This document shows positions 30,011 through 38,316 of a stretch of DNA of 64,000 nt, piece by piece; position 1 is the first letter of the stretch, and each line of letters opens with the position of its first letter. Both the position numbers and the translations under genes were made by a program. Source of the stretch: Pseudomonadota bacterium (GTDB lineage: Bacteria; Pseudomonadota; Gammaproteobacteria; Burkholderiales; Burkholderiaceae_C). The DNA lies in contig JAKQJK010000240.1 in the NCBI GenBank assembly GCA_029561195.1, forward strand, positions 2,240-66,239, read 5' to 3'. Below the pieces are notes generated by a model. It had not been told where the DNA came from. It worked only from the letters and a program-made list of their open reading frames with translations, and ran no database searches.

Positions 30011-31038
30011 GTTTTTGCTCCTTCATTCTTTTTCAGCTGCGCCAACAGCAGTTTTGACAGAGCCAGCACCACAAAAGTAATAAAGAACAGCACCAGACCG
30101 AGGTACATCAGAGCCGCCTGATGCAGCCCTTCACCGGCCTCTGCAAACTCATTGGCCAGCGCTGACGTGATGCTATTGGCCGCTTGAAAGAGGCTGAGCG
30201 AGTCCAGTTGGTTAAAGTTGCCGATGACGAAGGTTACCGCCATGGTCTCTCCAATGGCCCGGCCCAAGCCCAGCATGATGCCGCCAATTACGCCCGCTTT
30301 GGTGTAAGGCAATACCACCTGCGAAACCACTTCCCAAGTAGTCCCCCCAAGAGCGTAGGCTGACTCCTTGAGCATGGGCGGGGTGACCTCAAAAACGTCC
30401 CGCATGACAGCGGCGATAAACGGGATGATCATGATTGCCAGAATGATGCCTGCAGACAAAATGCCAATGCCAACGGGCGGACCGGAAAACAGGGCACCGA
30501 CGTACGGAACGCCGCTAAAAAGCGCCTGCAACGGCTGCTGCACGTAAGTTGACAATACCGGGCTGAACACCAGAAGGCCCCACATGCCATAAACAATGGA
30601 CGGCACGGCGGCCAGCAATTCAATGGCAGTTCCGAGTGGACGCTTCAACCAGGCTGGCGACATCTCGGTGAGAAACAATGCAATGCCGAAACTTACTGGC
30701 ACAGCAATTAGCAACGCGATGAACGAAGTCATCAACGTGCCGTAAATCATCACCAACCCGCCGAACTCCTCTTTCACAGGGTCCCAGGTGGTGCTAGTGA
30801 GGAAACCCAAACCATACTTGCTGATGGCTGGCCATGCACTGACAGTGAGCGACACCAGAATGGCTGTCAGAATGGCCAATGTGAGTAGCGCCGCACCTTT
30901 GGCCAGCACGCCAAAGATGCGATCAGCCATAGGCCCTGAACGGGCAGCCTTAATTGGTGGAGGTTTGGTCATTACACGTCCGGAAGACAGGGCAGACTGG
31001 TTAATCGGCATCTCTTTTGCCGGAAGTGTAGTGGACAC
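30007..31038 (-). CDS. pstC: phosphate ABC transporter permease PstC
   Basis: 343 aa, EAA-type loop [17 protein letters not shown] start at 31038; a later start (for example MADRIF) is possible. Confidence 0.9.
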   Translation of the reverse strand: MSTTLPAKEMPINQSALSSGRVMTKPPPIKAARSGPMADRIFGVLAKGAALLTLAILTAILVSLTVSAWPAISKYGLGFLTSTTWDPVKEEFGGLVMIYGTLMTSFIALLIAVPVSFGIALFLTEMSPAWLKRPLGTAIELLAAVPSIVYGMWGLLVFSPVLSTYVQQPLQALFSGVPYVGALFSGPPVGIGILSAGIILAIMIIPFIAAVMRDVFEVTPPMLKESAYALGGTTWEVVSQVVLPYTKAGVIGGIMLGLGRAIGETMAVTFVIGNFNQLDSLSLFQAANSITSALANEFAEAGEGLHQAALMYLGLVLFFITFVVLALSKLLLAQLKKNEGAKT

Positions 31039-31051
31039 GCGCGTGCTCCTT

Positions 31052-31078
31052 CGTTTGGGTTAACTCAGTCGCCAAACG
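31052..31078 (-). promoter_or_regulatory. intercistronic hairpin between pstS and pstC
   Basis: cgtttgg / ccaaacg 7-bp stem with a 13-nt loop, immediately after the pstS stop. Confidence 0.3.
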
Positions 31079-31079
31079 C

Positions 31080-32123
31080 TTACTTCAAGGCGACAGGCTT
31101 GCCTGCCGTGTCAGTCACCTGACCCCAGGCTTTTTCAATCGCTCCAATAACGTTGTCGGGCATTGGCACATAGTCCAGATCTGCAGCAATCTTGCCGCCA
31201 CTCTTGTATGCCCATGTGAAGAATTTGAAGGTTTCGGTAGCGTTAGCTGGTTTTTCCTGTTTGATATTCATCAGAATGAACGTAGCGGTAGAGATTGGCC
31301 AGGCATTTTTGCCGGGTTGATTCACAATCAACTGGAAAAAAGACTTATTCCAGTCTGCCCCGGCAGCAGCGGCCTTGAAAGTTTCATCGTCAGGGGCAAC
31401 GAACACACCATCCTTGTTCTTCATGAGTGTGTAGGTCATCTTGTTTTGCTTGACGTACGAGTACTCAACATAACCAATGGAGTTGGGCAGGCGATTGACA
31501 AAAGCAGCTACACCCTCGTTACCCTTGCCACCCGCGCCTACCGGCCAGTTCACGGCAGTACCTTCACCAACTTTGGCTTTCCACTCAGGATGCACCGAGC
31601 TGAGGTAATTCGTGAAGTTAAAGGTTGTTCCAGAACCGTCAGCGCGGCGAACCGGGGCAATTGCCGCGTCCGGAAGAGCCAGGCCGGGGTTCAAAGCCTT
31701 GATGGCTGCATCGTCCCATTTGGTGATCTTGCCCAGGAAAATGTCGCCCAGAACCTGACCATCCAGTTTCATCTGTCCTGGTGCGATCCCTTTGATGTTG
31801 ATCACCGGGACAGTGCCGCCAATGACTGTAGGAAATTGAATCTGACCCTTGGTTTTAAGGACTTCATCTGTTTGCGGCATATCGGATGCACCAAAATCGA
31901 CCGTTTTGGAGTCAATCTGCTTGATGCCGGCACCGGAACCGACCGATTGATAGTTGATCTTGACGCCAGTGGCCTTGTTGTAATCTGCCGCCCATTTGGC
32001 GTACACGGGGGCGGGGAAGCTGGCACCGGCGCCGGTGATTTCCTGCGCGCTGGCCAACGAGACAAACGAAATTGCAGCGAACCCTGCTGCGGATATCAGT
32101 GACATTTTGAAAGCGGTTTTCAT
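31080..32123 (-). CDS. pstS: phosphate ABC transporter substrate-binding protein PstS
   Basis: 347 aa; signal peptide ...FVSLASAQE; GAGASFPAPVY, YQSVGSGAGI and GSGTT phosphate-binding motifs. Confidence 0.96.
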   Translation of the reverse strand: MKTAFKMSLISAAGFAAISFVSLASAQEITGAGASFPAPVYAKWAADYNKATGVKINYQSVGSGAGIKQIDSKTVDFGASDMPQTDEVLKTKGQIQFPTVIGGTVPVINIKGIAPGQMKLDGQVLGDIFLGKITKWDDAAIKALNPGLALPDAAIAPVRRADGSGTTFNFTNYLSSVHPEWKAKVGEGTAVNWPVGAGGKGNEGVAAFVNRLPNSIGYVEYSYVKQNKMTYTLMKNKDGVFVAPDDETFKAAAAGADWNKSFFQLIVNQPGKNAWPISTATFILMNIKQEKPANATETFKFFTWAYKSGGKIAADLDYVPMPDNVIGAIEKAWGQVTDTAGKPVALK

Positions 32124-32185
32124 GAAGTACCTTTAATCAAGTTAACAAGGAGTAGTGGACAGCTCGTACACAAATGTAAGAAAGA

Positions 32186-32207
32186 TTTGTGACGATGATG
32201 TGACAAA
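32186..32207 (-). promoter_or_regulatory. Pho box upstream of pstS
   Basis: The minus strand reads TT TGTCACA TCAT CGTCACA AA: two 7-mers at 11-bp phasing, resembling the E. coli CTGTCAT-N4-CTGTCAT consensus. About 63 nt upstream of the pstS ATG. Confidence 0.75.
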
Positions 32208-32210
32208 AAG

Positions 32211-32243
32211 TAAAAAAGCCACCAGGCAAAAGACTTGGTGGCC
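32211..32243 (-). terminator. rho-independent terminator after phoX
   Basis: gccacca / tggtggc stem. On the minus strand it is followed by a U6 run. Lies 30 nt downstream of the phoX stop. Confidence 0.75.
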
Positions 32244-32272
32244 ATGGCATAAGGCACACGGGCCCCAGTGCA

Positions 32273-34495
32273 TCAAGTCCCGATTTGGCCCCCGTCAACC
32301 TTGGTGATCACCACCGTTGCGGAACGCGGGCGCTTGCCAGCCCCGTAGCCAGCGTTGGCAGGCCACTGGCTCTCGTACTTTGCGGGATCACCAATAGCGG
32401 CCATCTTGGTGTTCTCTCCCGGGTGCTGGATATTGACAAACATGGCTTTTCCATCCGGCGTTTCGCACCAGCCGGTGATTTCAGCGCCTTTGGGTCCAAC
32501 CAGAAAGCGTTTGAAGCTGGCCTCAGACTGAGCTTTTCCAACATACGTATCCACGGTTTTGGAACTGCCGTCACTGCGTTTGTATGAGAGTGTTTTTTTG
32601 GCGCCATCACCCACCCGGCCGGGAATTGCGGCCATGAGCATGCAATTGGTCTGATCCGTGTACGCCCCATCATCTGTCTCAATCCAGCATATTCCCGTGG
32701 CCTGGCTGAAAACCAGACCATCAGGAGATGACAGGTCGTTGGCGTCGGTCAGGTTCGAAAGGTTGACCTGACCTTTGTCTGCACCTGCCTCTGAAGCAAA
32801 CAGATACACGTCCCACCTGAAGGTGGAATCGGCAGGTTGGCCATGCGCCAGGCGAACGATGTGGCCATTTACATTGCCCACCGCTTCTTTGCCAGCCTTC
32901 ATGTCTTTGTACATTCTCGGATTCGCCGCATCAACCGCCATTTCGCCATCCACCGTCCGGTTGCTGTTGTTGGTGAGCGTGATGTACACCTCGCCGTTGC
33001 GGGGGTTCACACCGGCCCATTCAGGACGGTCCATTTTGGTTGCACCCACAGCATCAGCCGCCAGGCGGGTAAAGATGGCCACATCGGCGTCTGACTTGAA
33101 TTCAAAGTCCGGGTTGGCCGCCACAACGGGGTTTTTCATGGACAACTCAATCCATTCGCCTGTGCCGTCCTGCTTGAACTTGGCCACAAACAGCGTACCC
33201 TTGTCCAGGTATTTGTCGCCCACTGCAAGCCGATCATCAGCATTGGCATCTGCGGCAATCCAGCGGGCTTCAGACACGAACTTGTAGATATATTCTCCGC
33301 GGGAATCGTCGCCCATGTACCCGACGATGGGCTGGCCGACTACTGCTTTGGCAAAAGTCACGTTCTCATGACCCAATCGCCCTAAAGCGGAACGTTTGCG
33401 CAATGCCTGCATCGGCTTGTAAGGGTCGATTTCAACAATGTACCCAAAGGTGTTCATTTCATTGCGGAAATCGTCGCGGGCACTCGCGCCGATAACGCTG
33501 TTGTTCCAGCGCATGTACTGATCGCCTGGGCCTGCACTCTCCCAACCGTGGCGGCTGGCAGCGCCAGCCCGGCGACCGTAACGATTCAAAGCCGTGATGG
33601 CTTTGTTATTTTTTCCAAGTTTGTCATCATCCTTGGCATCCCGTGCAAAGTAGCCAAACCAGTTCTCTTCACCCGAAGCATAGGTACCCCAAGGGGTCTT
33701 CCCGGTACCGCAGTTGTTAAGTGTGCCCCGAACCTTTGCTCCATCAAGGCTGTAGCGGGTGATCAGGTGTTCACTGCCGCGTGCCGGGCCGTGCATGGCG
33801 GCCTCGGTCATGGTGGTGACCCGACGGTTAAAAGCAGAACCTGCTTTGTAGCTCCATTTACCGGCCTGCGCCTCGACTTCAATGACCGAGATGCCGTGGA
33901 TCAATAGTTCTTTGTCGACCTCGGCGGCCTTGCGTGGCAGTGTTGATGATCCACCATCAGCATGCAGGAAGAAAGAGGACAGCTTCTCATCCGTGGTCGC
34001 TTCGTGATTCATGGCAATGATGCCGCGCGTGCCGTAGCTGTTTGAAGGTTTGCCACTGGCATCCAGACTGAACCATTCCATGCCGTCGTGGTGGTCTCCC
34101 GCACGTTTGTCAAAGTCGGTGTCTGTGCCATCGTTTTTGAAAGCGGCTGCTCCCGCCATGATGGGGTCGCCCAACGCATACAACACTTCTGCCCTGTAGC
34201 CTGCTGGCACACTCACTACATCTTCCAGGCTTTTGGGAACGGCAGCAAAGGCAAGCGCTCCCAGATTTGTACTTGCCGGTGCTGACCCCATGGTCGAACC
34301 AGCGACCCCGCCGGTCGCGCAACCGGTAAGAGCAGTGCCCCCCAGCGCCAGCGCGCCAACAACGCCCACGCCACTGCGCAGAATATTGCGGCGGCTCAGC
34401 CGGGCACTCAATACTGCATCAAAGTGCACATTGGTGGAGGTATTCGAGTCTTCGTTATTGAAGATGTCAGATGGGCGGTCAGTTGAATGATCCAT
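32273..34495 (-). CDS. phoX: PhoX-family (DUF839) alkaline phosphatase, Tat-exported
   Basis: 740 aa; twin-arginine leader SRRNILRSGVGVVGALALGG; beta-propeller-type repeats with PDGLVF, GHENV and MDRPEW motifs typical of PhoX. Confidence 0.85.
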   Translation of the reverse strand: MDHSTDRPSDIFNNEDSNTSTNVHFDAVLSARLSRRNILRSGVGVVGALALGGTALTGCATGGVAGSTMGSAPASTNLGALAFAAVPKSLEDVVSVPAGYRAEVLYALGDPIMAGAAAFKNDGTDTDFDKRAGDHHDGMEWFSLDASGKPSNSYGTRGIIAMNHEATTDEKLSSFFLHADGGSSTLPRKAAEVDKELLIHGISVIEVEAQAGKWSYKAGSAFNRRVTTMTEAAMHGPARGSEHLITRYSLDGAKVRGTLNNCGTGKTPWGTYASGEENWFGYFARDAKDDDKLGKNNKAITALNRYGRRAGAASRHGWESAGPGDQYMRWNNSVIGASARDDFRNEMNTFGYIVEIDPYKPMQALRKRSALGRLGHENVTFAKAVVGQPIVGYMGDDSRGEYIYKFVSEARWIAADANADDRLAVGDKYLDKGTLFVAKFKQDGTGEWIELSMKNPVVAANPDFEFKSDADVAIFTRLAADAVGATKMDRPEWAGVNPRNGEVYITLTNNSNRTVDGEMAVDAANPRMYKDMKAGKEAVGNVNGHIVRLAHGQPADSTFRWDVYLFASEAGADKGQVNLSNLTDANDLSSPDGLVFSQATGICWIETDDGAYTDQTNCMLMAAIPGRVGDGAKKTLSYKRSDGSSKTVDTYVGKAQSEASFKRFLVGPKGAEITGWCETPDGKAMFVNIQHPGENTKMAAIGDPAKYESQWPANAGYGAGKRPRSATVVITKVDGGQIGT

Positions 34496-34537
34496 AACGT
34501 CGTGGTTTTGAGTTGAAAACGGCTAGGATGCAACAGG

Positions 34538-34560
34538 ATCGTGACAGTAGCGTGACACTT
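34538..34560 (-). promoter_or_regulatory. Pho box upstream of phoX
   Basis: The minus strand reads AAG TGTCACG CTAC TGTCACG AT: a perfect direct 7-mer repeat with a 4-nt spacer. Confidence 0.75.
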
Positions 34561-34627
34561 TTTACGGCTAATTCAGGCTAGTGTTGACGACGAAACCAAA
34601 GACAGCTGATACCTAATAGTTCACTAT

Positions 34628-34645
34628 TTTTCACGGAACTGTCAT
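34628..34645 (+). promoter_or_regulatory. Pho box upstream of ppk2
   Basis: TTTTCAC GGAA CTGTCAT, followed 12 nt downstream by a TACTAT -10-like hexamer. Confidence 0.65.
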
Positions 34646-34735
34646 CGAAACTTCTTACTATGGGCGACGCAATAAATCCTTCTGGTTAAAACGTCCCGAC
34701 TCAAAAAGCAGGTTGGGACAGAAACAGGACAACCC

Positions 34736-35647
34736 ATGAGCTCAAGCGAAGAAGAACTGGTCCAGCGCATCCGCCGCGACCTGACAGACAGCTACGATGA
34801 GGAACTTGAACTGGAGCTGGAAGACCGCCACGTTGACGAATTGGGCGGAAGCGAAACTGATTCGGAGTCGTACAAGGAAAGTCGGCGACTGTATTTCCGT
34901 GAGTTGTTCCGGATGCAGGGTGAACTGGTCAAATTGCAGGACTGGGTCGTCAAAACAGGGCACAAGGTGGTCATTCTGTTTGAAGGTCGAGACGCAGCAG
35001 GCAAAGGCGGCGTCATCAAGCGCATTACCCAGCGTCTGAACCCACGTGTGTGCCGTGTGGCCGCCCTGCCAGCACCCAACGACCGCGAGCGTACGCAATG
35101 GTATTTTCAACGCTATGTATCTCACTTGCCTGCGGCGGGCGAGATCGTATTGTTCGATCGCAGCTGGTACAACCGTGCCGGTGTAGAGCGGGTGATGGGG
35201 TTTTGTTCCGACGAGCAATACGAAGAGTTCTTCCGCACCGTACCGGAGTTCGAACGCATGCTGGCCCGCTCAGGCATCCAGTTGATCAAATACTGGTTCT
35301 CCATTTCGGATGAAGAGCAACATTTACGCTTTTTGGGCCGAATTCATGACCCGCTCAAGCAGTGGAAGCTCAGCCCGATGGACCTGGAATCCCGCCGCCG
35401 ATGGGAGGAATACACCAAAGCCAAAGAAGTGATGCTGGAGCGCACACATATTGCCGAAGCTCCCTGGTGGGTGGTGCAGGCGGTTGACAAGAAGAAGGCC
35501 CGGCTCAACTGCATCGACCATTTGCTGGGACAGATTCCCTACAGCGAAATAGAGCATGCGCCCATCGTGCTGCCGCCCCGGGTGCGCCATGAAGACTACG
35601 TGCGGGTACCGGTTCCGCAGGAAATTGTGGTACCCGAAAAGTATTGA
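34736..35647 (+). CDS. ppk2: polyphosphate kinase 2 (single-domain PPK2)
   Basis: 303 aa; Walker A FEGRDAAGKGGVIKRI, DRSWYNR, and the lid region with KQWKLSPMD. Has an acidic N-terminal extension. Confidence 0.9.
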   Translation: MSSSEEELVQRIRRDLTDSYDEELELELEDRHVDELGGSETDSESYKESRRLYFRELFRMQGELVKLQDWVVKTGHKVVILFEGRDAAGKGGVIKRITQRLNPRVCRVAALPAPNDRERTQWYFQRYVSHLPAAGEIVLFDRSWYNRAGVERVMGFCSDEQYEEFFRTVPEFERMLARSGIQLIKYWFSISDEEQHLRFLGRIHDPLKQWKLSPMDLESRRRWEEYTKAKEVMLERTHIAEAPWWVVQAVDKKKARLNCIDHLLGQIPYSEIEHAPIVLPPRVRHEDYVRVPVPQEIVVPEKY

Positions 35648-35688
35648 AATTAGTCCAAATTCATCTTTCTTATCAATGAAGTTGGCAC

Positions 35689-35733
35689 CTAGCCCTTATG
35701 CAATATGTGTGAGTAGCTATTTTTTATATAGCA
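35689..35733 (+). repeat. 45-bp AT-rich dispersed repeat, copy B (intergenic)
   Basis: ctagcccttatgcaatatgtgtgagtagctattttttatatagca. Near-identical core to reverse-complemented copy E (caatat(t)gtgtgagtagctatt). Confidence 0.8.
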
Positions 35734-35830
35734 ATCATCTTTTATCCAATTCTACTGAATCAGGCCAACCATGGCTGCTGTAGCCGAATGCTATGCTGTC
35801 CGCAACGACAACAGAAAACCAAAACAGCAG

Positions 35831-37348
35831 ATGCAAAATGGAACTCGACTGGCCGCGGTGGATTTGGGCTCCAACAGCTTTCGCCTGGAGATTGGGCAAC
35901 TCGATCACGGGCAGTTTTATCGCACGGAATACCTGAAGGAAACGGTTCGCCAGGGGAACGGCCTGGACGAAGATCGCAATCTGACACTCGATGCCATGCA
36001 AAGAGGTTGGGACTGCCTAGCCCGATTTGGAGAGCGTCTGGCGGGTTTCAAGAAAAACCAGGTGCGCGCCGTAGCCACGCAAACGCTTCGTGAGGCACGT
36101 AATCGCGAAGAATTTCTGCTAAAAGCCAATGACATCCTTGGCTTTCCCATTGACGTCATATCTGGCCGCGAAGAAGCCCGCCTCATCTATCTCGGCGTGG
36201 CCAAACTGTTACCCCAGTCGCCCGAACGCAGGCTGGTGGCGGACATTGGGGGGCGCTCCACCGAGCTGATATTGGGCCAGGGGCCCGATGCTCGGGTGAT
36301 GGAGTCATATCGGGTTGGCAGCATTGCATGGTCAACCCGTTATTTTGCTGAAGGAAAGTTCACTCCCCGCGCTTTCCAGATGGCCGAGATTGCCGCCAAG
36401 GCCGTGCTGGATGAAGCCTTGAATGCCTATCGCCGTGACGCCTGGGATGTGGCGTATGGGTCTGCGGGCACTATAGGCGCTGTGGGCGATGTATTGGCCG
36501 CGGCTGGCTGGCCGCAAGGATCCGTCACACAGGCCGGGCTCGACTGGCTACTGGAAAGACTGCTGGAAGCCCAGTATGCGGATCGTCTGCGGCTTGCGGG
36601 CATGAAGGAGGATCGCAGAACGATTATCGGTGGCGGCTTAAGCATCCTGCGCGCTGCCTTTGATTTGCTGGGCATCGACGAAATGAAGGCTGCCAGCGGC
36701 GGGCTGCGGCACGGCGTGCTGTATGACCTGGCGGGTAGCGCAGATAGTGCAAAAGACGTGGCGGATACGCGGTCGAAGTCAGTTCAGCGATTGATCGCTA
36801 AATTCGACACCGATGTAGCGCACGGCAACCGGGTAGGCAAAGTGGCGACGCAGCTTTTTGATCAGTTCCAGGCCAGCTCAACTGACCTAGCAAGCTTGGA
36901 TCACGAGCGCAACCGCCGCAAGCTGATGTGGGCAGCGCAATTGCATGAAATCGGATCGCAGATTTCGCACAGCGACTATCACAAACACGGTGCCTATATT
37001 CTGGATAACGCCGATGCAATGGGCTTTGCTGCCGCCGAGTTGCACAAGCTAAGCCTGTTGGTGTTGGGACAGCGTGGCAAACTTCGCAAGCTGGAAGCAG
37101 ATTTCGAAGACGTCGTTTTTGTGCAGCAGTTGCTCGCACTGCGTCTGGCCATCATCTTGTGCCACGCTCGCCGGGACCCTGATACTTCCGGCCTGCATCT
37201 TGCGTGCAGCCCCGACGACAAGCATGGCTTTGTACTGACCTGCCGCAAGGGCTGGGGGGAGACTTTTCCCCAGTCAGCGCATTTGTTGCGTGAAGAAATA
37301 ATTGCCTGGCAGAAGACTTCTTGGTCTCTGGCCTTGTCTGGAGTTTGA
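35831..37348 (+). CDS. ppx: exopolyphosphatase / Ppx-GppA family phosphatase
   Basis: RLAAVDLGSNSFRLEI and ADIGGRSTEL actin-like ATPase motifs, plus a C-terminal HD-like domain. The ATG at 35831 (MQNGTRLAAVDLG) is preferred over the ORF-track start at 35771. Confidence 0.9.
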   Translation: MQNGTRLAAVDLGSNSFRLEIGQLDHGQFYRTEYLKETVRQGNGLDEDRNLTLDAMQRGWDCLARFGERLAGFKKNQVRAVATQTLREARNREEFLLKANDILGFPIDVISGREEARLIYLGVAKLLPQSPERRLVADIGGRSTELILGQGPDARVMESYRVGSIAWSTRYFAEGKFTPRAFQMAEIAAKAVLDEALNAYRRDAWDVAYGSAGTIGAVGDVLAAAGWPQGSVTQAGLDWLLERLLEAQYADRLRLAGMKEDRRTIIGGGLSILRAAFDLLGIDEMKAASGGLRHGVLYDLAGSADSAKDVADTRSKSVQRLIAKFDTDVAHGNRVGKVATQLFDQFQASSTDLASLDHERNRRKLMWAAQLHEIGSQISHSDYHKHGAYILDNADAMGFAAAELHKLSLLVLGQRGKLRKLEADFEDVVFVQQLLALRLAIILCHARRDPDTSGLHLACSPDDKHGFVLTCRKGWGETFPQSAHLLREEIIAWQKTSWSLALSGV

Positions 37349-37425
37349 TTCCCATCAGCTCCGGTTTTGACGAACGCAAATAAACCGTATAAACTATATA
37401 AATCGTTTATTTACAGGAAGTATTT

Positions 37426-37821
37426 ATGCCTATTGCAAGAAAAAAAGCCGTGGTGACCAAACCAGCAATCGCAGCACCCGCAAAATCTGTCCGTGCCGTC
37501 CGCCCTCCTGTAGCTGCAAAAAAAGCGCTAGGACCCAAAGCAGCGCCAGTCAAACCGGCCGCGAAAGTAAAAATCAAAATTGAAAAACCAGTCAAAGTCA
37601 AGAAACCCAAACTGGTTCGTGACAGCTTCACCATCCCTAAAGATGAATACGCCATGATGGAAACACTGAAGCAACGTGCTGGCCGCTTGAGCAGCCCCGC
37701 CAAAAAGAGCGAGTTGCTACGCGCTGGCATCAAGGCTCTTGCCGCCATGCCAGACGCTACATTTCTGGCCGCACTGAAGGTCGTCCCCTCCATCAAGACA
37801 GGCCGCCCCGCGAAAGACTGA
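37426..37821 (+). CDS. Lys/Ala/Pro-rich (histone H1-like) protein with C-terminal ribbon-helix-helix-like domain
   Basis: 131 aa. The N-terminal 65 residues are KKAVVTKPAIAAPAKS...KPAAKVKIKIEKPVKVKKPK. The C-terminus RDSFTIPKDEYAMMETLKQRAG...KSELLRAGIKALAAM fits a beta-alpha-alpha RHH pattern. Confidence 0.6.
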   Translation: MPIARKKAVVTKPAIAAPAKSVRAVRPPVAAKKALGPKAAPVKPAAKVKIKIEKPVKVKKPKLVRDSFTIPKDEYAMMETLKQRAGRLSSPAKKSELLRAGIKALAAMPDATFLAALKVVPSIKTGRPAKD

Positions 37822-37854
37822 GGCTTCACGAGCGCTGTAGCCGCGTCTTCGTGG

Positions 37855-38316
37855 CTACAGCACCTCAGGGGACTGGACGGTGACCACCACCGTTTGGGAG
37901 CCAGACTCGCGCTCCCGGTTTCTCAACCACCATACCGCTCCCTTTTTGACCGCACATTCAGACTCTGTCAAACCCATGAGTTGCGCAATGGTCTGACCCA
38001 GCGTAGGTTGATGCCCAATCACCAGCACCGTGTTCCGCGCTTTTGGCCATTGGACCAAGTCCAGTAGCTGCACGGCGCTGCAACCCGGTGAAAGTTCTGG
38101 ACAAATCTTGTATTTGCGGCCAAGTGCGACGGCAGTTTGCTCGGTTCTCTTCGATGGACTGATCAAAATACGGGCTGCGTCTGGCAACTGCCGGTCCAGC
38201 CAGGAAGCCATTCTGGCAGCCTGTTTCTCACCACGCGACGTCAAGGGGCGATCCATATCGTTACCGCCCTCTTCCGATTCCAGTGCTTCTGCGTGACGCC
38301 ACAAAATCAGGTTCAT
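37855..38316 (-). CDS. sixA: SixA-type phosphohistidine phosphatase (histidine phosphatase superfamily)
   Basis: 153 aa; MNLILWRHAEA (RHA/RHG catalytic motif) and IGHQPTLG. Its ATG overlaps the ppk1 stop (ATGA). Confidence 0.85.
   Translation of the reverse strand: MNLILWRHAEALESEEGGNDMDRPLTSRGEKQAARMASWLDRQLPDAARILISPSKRTEQTAVALGRKYKICPELSPGCSAVQLLDLVQWPKARNTVLVIGHQPTLGQTIAQLMGLTESECAVKKGAVWWLRNRERESGSQTVVVTVQSPEVL

Noticed and set aside
37426-37620. Possible DNA-level tandem repeat underlying the KPA/KKA-rich N-terminus of the Lys-rich protein.
   Set aside because: The peptide is compositionally repetitive, but I could not find a clean nucleotide repeat unit. It is treated as low-complexity coding sequence, not as a tandem repeat feature.
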